From NCBI RefSeq assembly GCF_964188315.1, contig NC_135655.1, positions 52,514,001 to 52,578,000 of the forward strand: 64,000 nt of DNA, written 5' to 3'. The position numbers were made by a program, and so were the translations under genes. The notes beneath the pieces are model-generated. The model saw only the letters and a program-made list of their open reading frames with translations. It was not told where the DNA came from and did not search any database. Below, in pieces: positions 24,914 through 37,450 of this stretch (its first letter is position 1; the number at the start of each line of letters is the position of its first letter). This stretch comes from Podarcis muralis. Lineage: Eukaryota.

Positions 24914-26157
24914 TAGTGGGAGACATTTTGTCCCTTTGTGTACATCTCTTGATTTCTTGCTCTCTGCTTGATGGGTCACAATCGAAGAAGTAAACTGGCT
25001 CCTTTAGAAAACATTGTATTTGTTATCAAGGTGTCATCTCTGATGCTTGATCGATGGCAACTTATTAACATACGTTGATATCTTAACTAGTTAATGCTTC
25101 AGTCAGCAAATGATGCACATGCATGTGAACCAAACCTTGAAGCTGCAACCACCAAGTCATGGACATGCATGTTTTAAGCCCATAACATTACACTCTCCAC
25201 CCATGTGATCTAACATTTAGAAAGGGCAGTCGGTTGAGAGCTGCACAGAATAGGAAAGTGCAGCACAATTCCTGTCCAGAGGGCTTGTGATCTGCTAGGG
25301 GCCTCAAGAGTTCACATTGCTTGCATTATACCATAGATCCAGTTCTAGGTACTGAGCAGCCTTCCCCACATGATACTCCACAACAACTCTCATCAGCTTC
25401 AGGCCGCATGGTGAAGATGATAGGATTTATAGCCCGAAATAACTGGAGGACACCAGATGGGCAAAGACTGCATTAGAACATATAACAGATTCAGAAAATG
25501 TTCTAACCACACACCCCATCACACCAGCATAAAGATAATGCATAAAAGGGAGTTGTGATGAATTGTGGTTGTTTTGTAAAATGGCCTTCCCACCGTTGAG
25601 AAATAAATCCATATTTTTGTATAAATGCATGCTTGTTGCAGCGACTGCAAAACAGAAAGAAGACCCTGGCGGCCTGGATTGTGCTGCCTGTGGGGATCGC
25701 AGCAGGATTCTCAGTTCTAGACAGCTATTAAATGTCAAAATGTTGTCTTGATTTTAACAACTCTGAACATCATCCTATGCTGCATTCTTTTGGAATGAAT
25801 AAATAGAGCATTAAAACCAGACAATTTTCTGTGGTTAGTCTATAACCCATCTGTCCTTTCCCCATTTCAGCTTTGTTGCTAATGTGTATGGCTCTCAGCT
25901 GCTGCTGCTGCTGCTGCTGCGGAATACGATGGAAGATTCCGTATAGTTAACAGGCCTTGTCTACTGAGATTTTTCTTGAGGAACTATTTTGAGGTAATTC
26001 TGTGAGAGGATGAATGCTCTTCAGGGACTGAGTTCAGGTTAATCAAGGATAAAGCAACAGGGTACATTTTCCCCTCATGTTTGAGGTTTTATTTTCTAAA
26101 ATCAGTTTGAATTGTCCTCTCTCATTCCCTATCATTAAAATAAAAAAAGGAAGAAAG

Positions 26158-26267
26158 GGTAGGATTCAACTACAGTATGCCCTACTCAGAGTAGATCAGA
26201 GTAGATAGTAGGTCTATTAAATTCAATGGGCCTATTCTGAGTAGGACTAGCATTGACTATCATCCCA
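26158..26267. mobile_element. Palindromic Harbinger-like MITE
   Basis: CTACTCAGAGTAG..TTCTGAGTAGGACTAG inverted interior; GGGTAGGATTCAA..TTGACTATCATCCC ends. Confidence 0.55.
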
Positions 26268-26907
26268 AATTTGCCGCACAAAGCCTTCTTCACACATTCT
26301 CTAAAGGGGTTATGTATGGGGGTGAGCTTGCTCACTCCATCATCATTCTCACATCTTCACATCACTTCCTGATTTTTTAAAAGAAGTCCTTTTGAAAATT
26401 AATTAGCATTTCAGTGTGATTCTTCTACTATGCACAGTTTTGCAAAGCAGGATGCCCTCATATAATGTGTCTTATGCTATTTTCACTGATATGGGCATTT
26501 ATATGGGCACTTCAGCTTAGTACATTATACATTACATGACAAGTGAAGAGGATTGCAAAATTCAGAGACGTGCAAATTTCAAAGGTTGGCTGTGTTTTAT
26601 CTTTCTTTTTGGAGAGTTCTGCACAATTAGGCAGGCTCGCCTTTAAATCTGGACTAAACCAGATTTAGCTGGTATACTTGTTGGAAATCTGTGGTCATTC
26701 ATCATGTACTTCCGTCCTGTTGATTTCAACAGGAATGCCACTGCATTTTGCAGAATTGCAAGCTAGTTGGCTTCCTTTTCCCCATTAGCATCTCTGATGC
26801 CTCCAGACTGTCACTATTTTCAGGTGAGACTCAGTCACATCCAAGCAAATTCAGGCTGCACAATTAAAGCAGACGATTATTTAGCCAGCAAGATGACATC
26901 ACAGCAT

Positions 26908-27145
26908 CACATAGAAGGCCTTCTCAGTAGTGGCACCCTCCCTGTGGAAAGCCCTCCTTTCAGATGTCAAGGTTGTTAAGAACTACATAATTTTTAGAAG
27001 ACATCTGAAGGCAGCCCTGTATCAGGAAGTTTCAATGTTTGATGCTTTATTGTGTTTTAAATATTCTGTAGGCCTCCCAGAATGGCTGGGGAAACCCACT
27101 CAAATGGGCGGGGTATAAATAATAAAATTATTAGTATTATTATTA
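26908..27145 (+). mobile_element. L2 3' end
   Basis: GCCTTCTCAGTAGTGGCACCC..AGACATCTGAAGGCAGCCCTG..GGCTGGGGAAACCCA..GGGGTATAAATAATAA. Confidence 0.88.
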
Positions 27146-27249
27146 GTCAGGATGATGTCCAACACTGGTAATACTCAGAGGAGATCCATTGAAATCAGTG
27201 GACTTGAGTAATAAGCCAATTAATTTGAATGAGGCCCATCTGCACTATA

Positions 27250-27516
27250 CAATGGTAACTCGGGATGCGAACGGGATCCGTTCTGGAGCCCCGTTCACAT
27301 CCTGAAGTGAACGTAACCCATATCCGCGTGTCTGTGCGTGCGCGGGTCACGCTTCTGTCCTTCTGCGCTTTTGAGCATGTACGTGACATCATTTTGACGG
27401 TCTGCGCATGCGCGCACGCGAAACCCGGAAGTAACGTGCTCCATTACTTCTGGGTCGCCGCGGAGCGCAACCCGAAAATGCTTAACCCGAAGCGTATTCA
27501 TCCCGAGGTATGACTG
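27250..27516. mobile_element. Tigger/pogo-type MITE, CpG-rich
   Basis: TA|CAATGGTAACTCGGGATG ... CATCCCGAGGTATGACTG|TA. Confidence 0.85.
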
Positions 27517-27528
27517 TACATTTAAATC

Positions 27529-27529
<1 letters not shown>

Positions 27530-27573
<44 letters not shown>

Positions 27574-28368
27574 TATTTGTACCCCACCCATCTGGCTGGG
27601 TTTCCCCAGCCACTCTGGGCGGCTTCCAACAAAGATAAAAAATACACAAAAATGTCACATATTAAAAACTTCCCTGAACAGGGCTGCCTTCAGATGTCTT
27701 CTGAATGTCAGGTAGTTGTTTATCGCTTTGACATCTGATGGGAGGGCGTTCCACAGGATGGGCGCCACTACCGAGAAGGCCCTCTGCCTGGTTCCCTGTA
27801 ACTTGGCCTCTCGCAGTGAGGGAACCACCAGAAGGCCCTCGGAGCTGGACCTCAGTGTCCGGGCAGAACGATGGGGGTGGAGACGCTCCTTCAGATATAC
27901 TGGACCGAGGCCGTTTAGGGCTTTAAAGGTCAGCACCAACACTTTGAATTGTGCTCGGAAACTTACTGGGAGCCAATGTAGGTCTTTCAAGACCAGTGTT
28001 ATATGGTCTCGGCAGCCGCTCCCAGTCACCAGTCTAGCTGCCGCATTCTGGATTAGTTGTAGTTTCCAGGTCACCTTCAAAGGTAGCCCCACGTAGAGCG
28101 CATTGCAGTAGTCCAAGCGGGAGATAACCAGAGCATGCACCACTCTGGCAAGACAGTCCGCAGGCAGATAATGTCTCAGCCTACGTACCAGATGGAGCTG
28201 GTAAACAGCTGCCCTGGATACAGATTTGACCTGTGCCTCCATGGACAGTTGTGAGTCCAAAATGACTCCCAGGCTGCGCACCTGGTCCTTCAGGGGCACA
28301 GTTACCCCATTCAGGACCAGGGAATCCTCCACACCTGCCCGCCTCCTGTCCCCCAAAAACAGTACCAC
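27530..28368 (-). pseudogene. L2 LINE 3' fragment with open RT C-terminal ORF (27655..28368, 237 aa)
   Basis: LKDQVRSLGVILDSQLSMEAQV..LVISRLDYCNALYVGLP..LQLIQNAAARLVTG..LHWLPV is the canonical L2 ORF2 end; (AAT)n tail at 27530. Confidence 0.96.
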
Positions 28369-30054
28369 TACAAGTAGTCATGCCCACGCCCCAAATCCTG
28401 AGATTCCTCCTCCTAAGGAGGAGACTCCTGTTCTCCTCACAATCAGTCCCTCTTCCCAGGGAACTCTTGAAATAAGCAACATTTCCCAGAATGCTTTGGG
28501 GGGAAGCCATGACAGTTTGGCATGATCCTGCTTTTAATTTACAGTGCAGATTGGCCCTGACTCTGCATATAATTAGCTGGATATCACCCACTGATTGTTA
28601 TATTCCTGCATGCCCCCTGTAAAAATCATCCCAAATGAGGGGATTTCTTTGGTGCTTCAAAAATGATTGCAAAAATCAGCCCCCTGTTTTGAATCAGATT
28701 TAGTAATTTAATGACTACTGAACTATTGACTGCTTGTGATATTTTATATTTAAAAGTTCCAAAATCAAAACCACTGAGGTGTGCCAATCATTCTAAAATA
28801 TTCCAGGTTTGAATTATAATTTAAAACGATCTCATTCAGAATGTGAATCCAAAGTTTGCTTGACAGTTTCTCATTCACAAAACTTATTAGTGAACCAAAG
28901 GTACGTTTTTGGCTAAACTCCTCAAAAAATATAACCAGCAGAGTCAAGCGATCAAAGATTCTAGGCTGAATCTTGATCTTTCATGGATTTAAAACACACA
29001 CACACAATGTGAGCAATCTCCTAAGGTTTAGGTGCCTTGGGATGTCATCAGATATGCATTCATAGCAGACAGAATCCTTTGACATATTAGCATTTTTTGA
29101 AAAGAATTCAATATGGATATGAAGCACAATCAGGAGGGATGTAGCGACTTTTACGGTAAACAAAGCTTTGCATAAGATCATGCTCTGAAATTACCCAGTA
29201 CAGATGTCTGCCGTCTGTGCTTACCCTGGGGGTATCTCTGATGACAGTCTGCACTGGCAGGAGGGGAATGCGACAACACTCTGGGCTCAATATGCTGTTT
29301 GTTTCCTGCTTCGTTCACCAAGGAGTCAATGTCACTTCCAATCCACTTGGAGAGCACCAGGCCTTGCTGGAAAGCAACACTTAGTCCTTCAGGCAAAGGC
29401 AGAGACTTTGACAGTTTTGATGGAGGCCTTACGAGAGCTGAGCCCAGCTAAGGAGAGGGAAATAAAACCTGCCTCTTCACAGGGAGGCTGCTACAGGTCA
29501 AGAGTGCAGCCAACAAAAGACAAGCAGCGTGTGATCCAGATAGTTGGTGTTTCCTATCTCTTACCATTCTCATGTCATAGAATCATAGAACTGTAGAGTT
29601 GCTATCTCTCTCACTGTAGTTTGTTGCATAATAATGTCAGCAGAATTTGATTTTGATTTTATTTTTTAGTGTAATGAAAAGTGGGGTGCCATCTCTTTTT
29701 GTGGGCACAGTTTGGCAGCTGCAAAACAGACAAATCAACAGGTGGGACTTTTTTTCCTGAAAAAGCTCCACCTATGGATTTTGGTTGTTTCTTGCTATTA
29801 TGCACTTGTTAAAAGCACATCACCCCTGCACATAAGTTGACATAAAGGCTGTTTAAATGGCCTGCCAAATGCTCAAACAGAGGTAGTAAGTTGTGGACTT
29901 AACAGCTTGGCTAAACATTCCTAAGGCCTGATCAGTTTGCAAGGTTGACTTCTGAATTTCATAACTGCAGAGATTGACCCTGCTCCTCCACCAGTCCGAT
30001 TCTCTGTATTTCTTTCCCTGCATTTCCCTGAGAGTAAGTTTGAAGGCAAGGTAA

Positions 30055-30172
30055 GGAAACTGTCTGCGGACAAACGCCAGCTCCCTCGGCCAGTAAAGCG
30101 AGATGAGCACCACACCTGAGAGGCGTCCGTGACTGGACTTAACGGTCAGGGGCCCCTTTACCTTTACCTTTT
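30055..30172 (+). mobile_element. Sauria SINE 3' fragment
   Basis: TGTCTGCGGACAAACGCCAGCTCCC..GGGGCCCCTTTACCTTTACCTTT. Confidence 0.8.
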
Positions 30173-30321
30173 TAAGGATAACTACTGAGCTACTTAACTA
30201 TGCCCTTGAGATAGATCCCATGATGCCCTGGGAATCTTTCCGAACACACATTATAGGCATAACACCCTTAACAGTGTTACAGACTATAGCATCTGCATAT
30301 AAGGGCAGTGATATTATACTG

Positions 30322-30445
30322 CAGCCTTCCCCAAGTCGGTGTCTTGGTCTACAATTCCCATCTGCCCCAGCTCCTGTGGCCAATGGTCAGGGATGGCGGG
30401 AGGTGTAGCCTCATACATCAGGAGAGTGGCAGGTTGGGAAGGCTG
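30322..30445. mobile_element. Palindromic hAT-type MITE
   Basis: CAGCCTTCCC..GGGAAGGCTG termini. Confidence 0.7.
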
Positions 30446-30883
30446 CCAGAATGTACTGTTGCAGGATTGGGAATTGGACAGGAGAGGTATAATAGAACTG
30501 GTAGGATTGCTAGAGATGACTTGTCTTTAATAGCCCTGGCAAATTTCTCTTTGGGAAATTTCAGGTAAATGGCCAGGCAATATTCTGCAAAGTGGAAGTC
30601 ATTTAGAAAAATGGACCTGTCTTTCCACTGCAACCAACAACCCCACTTCTTCTGGAGATGATGTCATCAATTTGTCGGGGGGGGGGAAGAATTGCAGTCT
30701 GAGAGAGGCACTGGTGTTTTGTTGTTTTTTTTACTCTATAGGCTTGGAGTGTTTTGGGGTGCTGGCTGTTTCTCCAGAAATCTGTTTTCGTAGCAGTGGA
30801 CTTGTTGGCTGTCTGTTGGAGTGCTCCAGCAGTGCACAACCTGCAAATTAACTCAAATGTTACTAAACGCCCTAAGCCTCATC

Positions 30884-31278
30884 TATGGATGGGGAAGAAA
30901 TTAGTCCAGTTTACATTTTAATGCAAACTGGCCTAATTCTTACTTCCCAGACCAACAAATGAACTGAAACACAGATAACCTTTGAAATTTGCAAATCCAG
31001 ATTTTATGATGAGGTTGTCCGGATGAAAGTATGTGCAAAAATGCAGACATTGGTCAAAACAAGAAGCAAAGCTACATTATATTAGGCAAAATTGCTTGCA
31101 AAAGTCTGCATAAAAGGCAAATTTATTTACAAAAATGCATATATTGGGAGAATTAATGTGAAATGCACATTAATTTTCATTCTGGCTTTTGAATGAAGAA
31201 TTTATAAATCGATGAGGAAATGGTGCAAACAACTTAAGGCTTGGGAAGATGAGAAACGGACAAATTCACCCATCCCTA
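30884..31278. mobile_element. Near-complete old TAGGGATG-family DNA element
   Basis: TATGGATGGG..CCCATCCCTA termini around an AT-rich interior. Confidence 0.6.
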
Positions 31279-31781
31279 GCTTCCCTGATGTACTTGCAAA
31301 GGAAACCAGATCTGAGGAAATGCTGTACCCCTTGGGGTAAGTGTAACAACACCATTTTTAAGTGCTGCAGTATTGAAATAACTTTCCAAATAACCACTGA
31401 TTTGTGAATATATTTACTATCTGTTTAATTCTGTGCAACCAATGAATCTCAATCACCAGCCTAAAATGGTTCTGAGCCCGAGAAAGGGAGAACACTCTGG
31501 CAATGAAGGTCTTCTTTGCTTGAGCACTTTTCATGGACCAGCTTAATTTCTGTAGCGTTTTCCTTTCTCAAGTCTTCCTGGTTATTGTTTATTTTCTGTC
31601 AGCGATTGACTTTTGCATCCATCTGGGATAAGAAGCAGATGTACTCTGTCCAACACACACATGAAATGTGACTGATCCTGGGTTGTTTCAGGTCCAAACA
31701 GAAAACACTAATGTCCTTCAATGCCGCTACAGGAAAATAATGTTCCAGTAACATGGATTTCTCTAGAGACCCAAAGCTTAC

Positions 31782-31830
31782 CGATTACTACATGATATCA
31801 GAGTTCCTCTGCGGCGGCACCATGTGACCT
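31782..31830 (-). CDS. Candidate 49-nt stop-containing exon of an unidentified gene (..GHMVPPQRNSDIM*)
   Basis: Minus strand tttggttttgtcag|AGGTCACATGGTGCCGCCGCAGAGGAACTCTGATATCATGTAGTAATCG|gtaagc. Canonical acceptor and strong donor; phase-2 entry matches the exon at 61647-61707. Confidence 0.45.
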
Positions 31831-32315
31831 CTGACAAAACCAAATCAGGCTGCTGTTGTTATTGCTACTATCAAATAGGAGTGCAACTCATGACCCATCA
31901 AGCTAAACACAGATCACCTGTCAGGCCCACTAGAAACTTGAGGAGTGCGCTGGGGCTGTGTACACACTTCAACCTTCGAAGCACTGTGGTTTGGGGTTTT
32001 CTTAAAACACTTTTGTAGTCATTGCTTTGCAAGTGTCCATACCTGCACACTATGCAAATCAGTTGTTAAATCACTGCCATCTGTACACACAGAAGGTGTG
32101 TCATCTATGGCTAGCACACACTCCGTACTTTGCTCCCTTTCATTCAATGTCCATTGCACTTCTTTAAAAAAAATAATCCTGCAAATTTATTGATATACTG
32201 GAAGTCCAGTAGCACAGGCTGTTAGCTATATTGCACCCAGAGGCTTCCTTCCCTTGCACCATGTGGGCAACTTCATGACTACATTTCTCCTTGCAGTGGG
32301 AGGGCAAGGCACTCT

Positions 32316-32423
32316 GGGTTGTATCCAAGTAGCATCTACTCAGATTAGACCCACTGAAATGAATGGTCCTGAGTTAGCCATGTCTGTTAATTCTCGGAGT
32401 ATGACCTACTTTTGATACAACCC
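32316..32423. mobile_element. Harbinger-like palindromic MITE
   Basis: GGGTTGTATCCAA..TTGATACAACCC with a 3-bp flanking duplication (tct). Confidence 0.7.
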
Positions 32424-32551
32424 TCTCTGTGTGTCCAAAGGCTTCCTTCCCTTGTACCATGCAGGCAACTTTATGACTCCCTATCTCTTTTATTTTGGCA
32501 CTTCGAGTGTGCTCAGAGGCTGCCTCTTCCAGCACTAGACACAGGTAGTTA

Positions 32552-32661
32552 CTGAGTTTGACCAAACTGTGGGAGGCAGTGGAAGACAGGAGTGCCTGGC
32601 GTGCTCTGGTCCATGGGGTCACGAAGAGTCAGACACGACTAAATGACTAAACAACAACAAC
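32552..32661 (+). mobile_element. Bov-B (RTE) 3' tail
   Basis: GGAAGACAGGAGTGCCTGGCGTGCTCTGGTCCATGGGGTCACGAAGAGTCAGACACGACT followed by (CAA)n. Confidence 0.9.
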
Positions 32662-34301
32662 ATGTCTGTTTATTGCAAAGCACTCATGATATGGTATACT
32701 CAGAGTCTCCCCGCCCTGGCATCAGGCATCAGGGAACATCACACAGTGTGGTTTATTGAATGAGGAGTGCAGAAAAAGGCATTTCAGACTTCCCAAGTAT
32801 CTGCTCCCTGTTATGCCAATTACTTCTGCTCACGAGTCATTGTGGTTTCTTACAGGGCAACTTACAGCTACATTTTGTTAAAAGGCAACACACAAAATAG
32901 ACCTGCCTCAAATCTGTCATGCTGCCACCACTAGCAGTCAGAGAATGGGTTTTCTGGTGTAAACAAGTTTATAGTGATTGAGTCCTTAAGATGATCAAAG
33001 CTTTGGGATTTTGATAAACTGGAGAGATTGCTTAAATAGCAATACTAAATAATGCTGTGGTGGAAGCCAGCACCTTTCCAATTATGTTCGAGTACAGTGG
33101 AGAAAGGGTTCATGGCTGCTTTTTCCACCCTTATTTTTAAAAGCATAAACACTTAATGGAGACAGTTTCTGCCCCTCCTTTTAAAGAGTGGAACATTAGT
33201 GAAAACTCTGTGACTCTCCAAAAATCGAAATGTCCAGTATATTGACAGACATAAGAAAAAATACTTTACAAAAACTGACTTGATTATCTCTGAGGTAATC
33301 TGGAAAATGGAGTAGCTTAGATGGCTCTCAGGTTAATCTGTGCTGGGGGGCGGGAGCTACACAAGTGCAACTCAGCAACATCATAAGAGCCTCCCCAGAG
33401 AAGGCAATCTCAGTTTCCACACAAGGCAAGAGGTGCTTCCGAATGTGTGAGGTGGCTTAGAACCGCTCTACTGAAATGCGCTTTCCAAACACCATATACC
33501 AACCATGTGGAGATGATAATGTGTGTACAATGACCAAAAACGGTTTCTGCTAAATGCTGCAAATGCACTTTATGAATGGGCATGTACACAACCCAGGACT
33601 GGGGGTGGGGGGTGGGGACCACACTCAGTTATCTTGTCAAGCACCTGGAAGCCCATAACAGATAGCTGGCAAGCTTGTGATGGTCTAGCCTATGACACGA
33701 ATGTCGTCTATTTCTAGGAGTGACTCAGGCTCTTCCTCTCCTCTTTTCCCCATTCAATTGCCATTCTTAAGAATATTTTCCCCCTCCCGCCATAAAGCAC
33801 ATACAGATGTTGTGTGTCTGCCACAATCAGTAGGCTCAGGTGAGTAATGGGGAATGGCAGTCCTTGGCATGTACTTGTTTGCCTTACTGCAATTTCCCCA
33901 TAATTGCACTTCCTAGCTTTTCAGCATCTGTGAAAGATCAGTTTGTGACACAGCAAAATCGGCCTCACACTTCTCTCTCCCCCTCTGTATTTGGAGGAGA
34001 GTGTCCTCCCTTTGGCTTATACAATTTAAATGCGGGTGCAGGAGGCAAGGGGAGAGAAAGCTCATCTTTTATGCATAGGGCTTAAATCTGAATTTTAAAG
34101 TCTAGCAAGAACTCAGCCCTTGAAGCTCACATGGGTCTTAGGCAGCTTAATTGCTCCAGTCTAGAGATGAATGAGCACACAAAAGAATGTGCAAAGGGCA
34201 TAAAGGGGAGGACGTCTTTCAAGGTCAAAGTGTGGGCTTCAGTGCAAAGAGATGCAAAAAATCATTCCTACAGGTAAAATGTCCGTGGGGATTTCCCTTA
34301 C

Positions 34302-34361
34302 AGGTAATGCTTAATCTTCAGTTTCTGGAATCTTTGCTTGAGAGGCAACAAGCTGTAGGCT
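34302..34361 (-). CDS. Weak candidate 60-nt frame-preserving exon (AYSLLPLKQRFQKLKIKHY)
   Basis: Acceptor ..ttttcatcaaatgttcctgtag| and donor CCT|gtaagg. Only the phase-2/2 frame is open. The donor is suboptimal. Confidence 0.2.
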
Positions 34362-34884
34362 CTACAGGAACATTTGATGAAAATCAAGATAACAACAGTG
34401 CAGACATAGGCCAAAATCCATTGAATATGAGAAGATGTGAGAGGCACACAAAAACAGTTTCCAGCAAAGCATGTTTCTGCCAAAATCTGGGCTGCAGTTG
34501 CCACCTGCTTATGGTTTTTATGGGCTGTTCTTATGTCGGGACCTCTGTCCATAATAATTAGGAAACCCATTGTGAACAGAGCTTGTCCCTAGTTCCTGTG
34601 AAGGCAGAATCGTGTATCTGATCATACTTTAATCAGTGGCTGTCTTGAATTACGAGCTTTTGTTGCCTACAGAACACACCTGCAGACCATCGTTGTGCTT
34701 TTTTTAAAAAAGAAGTGATAAAAGTAAGTTACTTTGCAGAGATGGGAATGTCCAGCACTGGTATTCTGAAGACTGAAATAATTTGCAGTACATAAGGGGC
34801 TGGATATCAATTGCCAGATTTCCAATTCTGTATTTTAAATGTAAAATTGAACAATGTTAACTAATACACAATTTCTTTCTAAAA

Positions 34885-35110
34885 ATATATTGATATCCCC
34901 CTTTCCTCCAAGGAATTCATGGAGGACTATATGGTTCTGCTCTCTTACACATACCCCACCCCCATTTTATCCTCACAACCACCCTGTGAGGTAGGTTAGG
35001 CTTAAATATAGGGACTGGCCAAAGGTAACCCAATGGGCTTCATGGCTGAGTGGGGATTTGAACCTAGTTCTGCCTAGGCCTAGTGTAAACACCACACCAG
35101 GCTAGCTCTC
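34885..35110 (-). mobile_element. tRNA/CORE SINE (Squam3A/MIR-like), degenerate
   Basis: ATCCTCACAACCACCCTGTGAGGTAGGTTAGG..GGCTTCATGGCTGAGTGGGGATTTGAACC..CACACCAGGCTAGCTCTCC. Confidence 0.8.
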
Positions 35111-35387
35111 CATTACAGTGGTTGTACCTAGTTACTATAACCCATTTGATTAGAGCTGATGGGTGAAGCTACATGTTTTCCATTCTGCATCACTTTCACA
35201 TATTTTTACCCAGAATTCCATTCCATTTATACAATAATCTTATTTTTTAAAAAATAAATAAATCAAAATATCTATTTTATTAGGTATGAAAATGTATATT
35301 TTCTCTCAAGACACTATTTAAAGGCATATGCTATTAAATTATCTAATGAGAGTGTAGTGTATAAAATTAATCAGCAGTAGTAGCAAT

Positions 35388-35507
35388 CAGGGCCTTTTTT
35401 CAGTTGGAACTCACCAGAACTGAGTTCCTGCACCTCTCAGGTGGGCGCCATTGCAATGATAAGAGAACAAGAGAGGCATTCATCTTTTTTCTGGAAAAAT
35501 AGCACTG
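35388..35507. mobile_element. 120-bp hAT MITE
   Basis: CAGGGC..GCACTG ends; perfect 8-bp TSD GTAGCAAT. Confidence 0.9.
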
Positions 35508-35720
35508 GTAGCAATAACATGTAAACTACTTTTAATCCATTTTTTTAAAATGGCACTTACATGGAAATCGATAAGCTTTTATTTAAAAAACCTCAGATGC
35601 CTTTCTAGAATTAATTTTATGTAACAAAATTTATATACCGTTTGATTCTACTTGGAACCTCTAAGCGGTTTACAAAAAACAAAAGAAACATTAAAATTGT
35701 CAACAAAGTTTACTTTTCTT

Positions 35721-36845
35721 CATAGAATCATAGAGTTGGAATAGACCACAAGGGCCATCAAGTCCAACCCCCTGCCAAGCAGGAAACACCATCAGAGCAC
35801 TCCTGACATATGGTTGCGTGTGTAGGTCCCCAGGCCACCCCTCAAATAACTTCACACATAACACGTAATTTTAGTTTTGGTTTTTGGGCACTATTTTGGC
35901 CACAACTTTATTAAAATACAAAATCAGTGAGTGGTTGTTTAGACATTGGTTATGACTATCTGTCCCCCCGCCTGGGACAGAACTGACATCCCGAGGTCCG
36001 ATCGGTAGCCAGTAGAAGAGAAAGTCAAACTTGGGGGTCATTTGAGCTAAGCGTCGGACCCACGCCGCTCACCCCAGCAGCTCCCCGAAAGCTTGCCTGC
36101 CCGGTCCTATGACAAGGATTCCCATAACAGGGATTGGGCGGCCCTGGTCCCATAACAGGGATTGGACGAAATCATGGCAAGCCCCAGGATTCCTTTAATG
36201 GAATTCCCTTCAGCGCAATAGGAGGGGCAGGCCCAGCCTGACCCCTCCACCACCAGCATATTATAACCAATGCCTAACCACAACCTTACAAGTTGTGACG
36301 AATTGCTGAGTAGTAGGTAAAAACCAAATGGCACAGCCAATCACCAAATGGCAAAATTCCTACTAGGCCCCTGCTCCAAAGCAGACGACCCCATGACAGG
36401 CAAAGCAAGGTCAACCGGAAAGAGGGTGGGCGGGCGGGTGATCCGATGCACTCTGCAAAGAGAAAGAGAAACCAGAGTGCACCAATATTTAAAGACTATG
36501 GTCCCACCCACCCAATTTGCAACATACAATTTGCCCCAGCAACCCGGTTACCCAATCATGATGCCAGGCAACAACTATTAACCTGCCTGGCAACAAGAGG
36601 CCTGGCCTGGTGGCCCACACTGCAACACATGATCTCATTTATTGGAGAACACGCTTTGTCAAGCCTCTGCTTAAAGACCTCCAAAGAAGGAGACTCCACC
36701 ACACTCCTTGGCAGCAAATTCCACTGTCGAACAGCTCTTACTGTCAGGAAGTTCTTCCTAATGTTTAGGTGGAATCTTCTTTCTTGTAGTTTGGATCCAT
36801 TGCTCTGTGTCCGCTTCTCTGGAGCAGCAGAAAACAACCTTTCTC
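35721..36845 (-). mobile_element. Young CR1 3' end, split at 35816/36655 by an insertion
   Basis: CATAGAATCATAGAGTTGG tail. GACATATGGTTG|TCAAGCCTCTGC is contiguous in the antisense of the 12794 copy. ORF 36556..36837 contains [24 protein letters not shown]. Confidence 0.95.
35821..36651 (-). mobile_element. Probable solo LTR (831 bp)
   Basis: TGT..ACA termini; minus-strand AATAAA about 85 bp from the 3' end; internal 18-bp direct repeat TCCCATAACAGGGATTGG (36120, 36148). Clearly an insertion into CR1, but there is no clean TSD. Confidence 0.6.
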
Positions 36846-36989
36846 GTTTGTTATGAAGGATGTGCTTAGTGGGACGTGCAATCTAAGCATGTTTGTTTGT
36901 TTATATATTTTCGTCCCACACCTTGCATCAAATAAGTTATTCCAAGTGACTCCCATCCCATAGTAGATATAACAAATAATAAAACATCT

Positions 36990-37341
36990 ACTGAAGGCTT
37001 ATTTTGTCAGGATTCATCCAACCTGACATCTCCTTGGATGCAGAGCAAGGGGAACTGGGCCCTCTAGCAGATCTCCACACTGCCAATGATCCTGAGGAAC
37101 CATCAGACCATCCTTCCCTGGCTCTGGGGGTCCACATATCAGCTGCCTTGGATCATGGCTATCTCTCAGAACCTCACCCCACTCATCTCCCACAGGTCCA
37201 CAAGAACAGTTGGTGTGTTGGGTTAACTGCACCTGAGATCCTTGGAAGGAGGAGAGAGTGCATGGAAACAGTCGCTCAGGTCAGGGCCTGACTGAGAGCC
37301 TGAAAAGGGTGTAGCTTCCAAATCCTATGTTACTTGAGCTG

Positions 37342-37392
<51 letters not shown>

Positions 37393-37450
37393 GCCTCTCT
37401 TTTCTGAATCTCTTCCTATGAGGCACCCCAAATTCATGATATAAATAAAC
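36990..37450 (+). mobile_element. Possible degenerate LTR-like element with (CT)n and AATAAA
   Basis: Composition and layout only; ends not defined. Confidence 0.25.

Noticed and set aside
25640-25735. Plus-strand exon-like peptides (RLQNRKKTLAAWIVLPVGIAAGF / DCAACGD)
   Set aside because: No donor, no recognised homology, and no partner exons on the plus strand.
27716-28591. Antisense and overlapping ORFs (126, 136, 99 aa); likewise 2092..2466 and 36446..36856
   Set aside because: They are shadow ORFs of L2/CR1 sequence.
29204-29596. 130-aa ORF as a gene
   Set aside because: No recognisable domain or convincing splice context, and it ends in a CR1 tail remnant.
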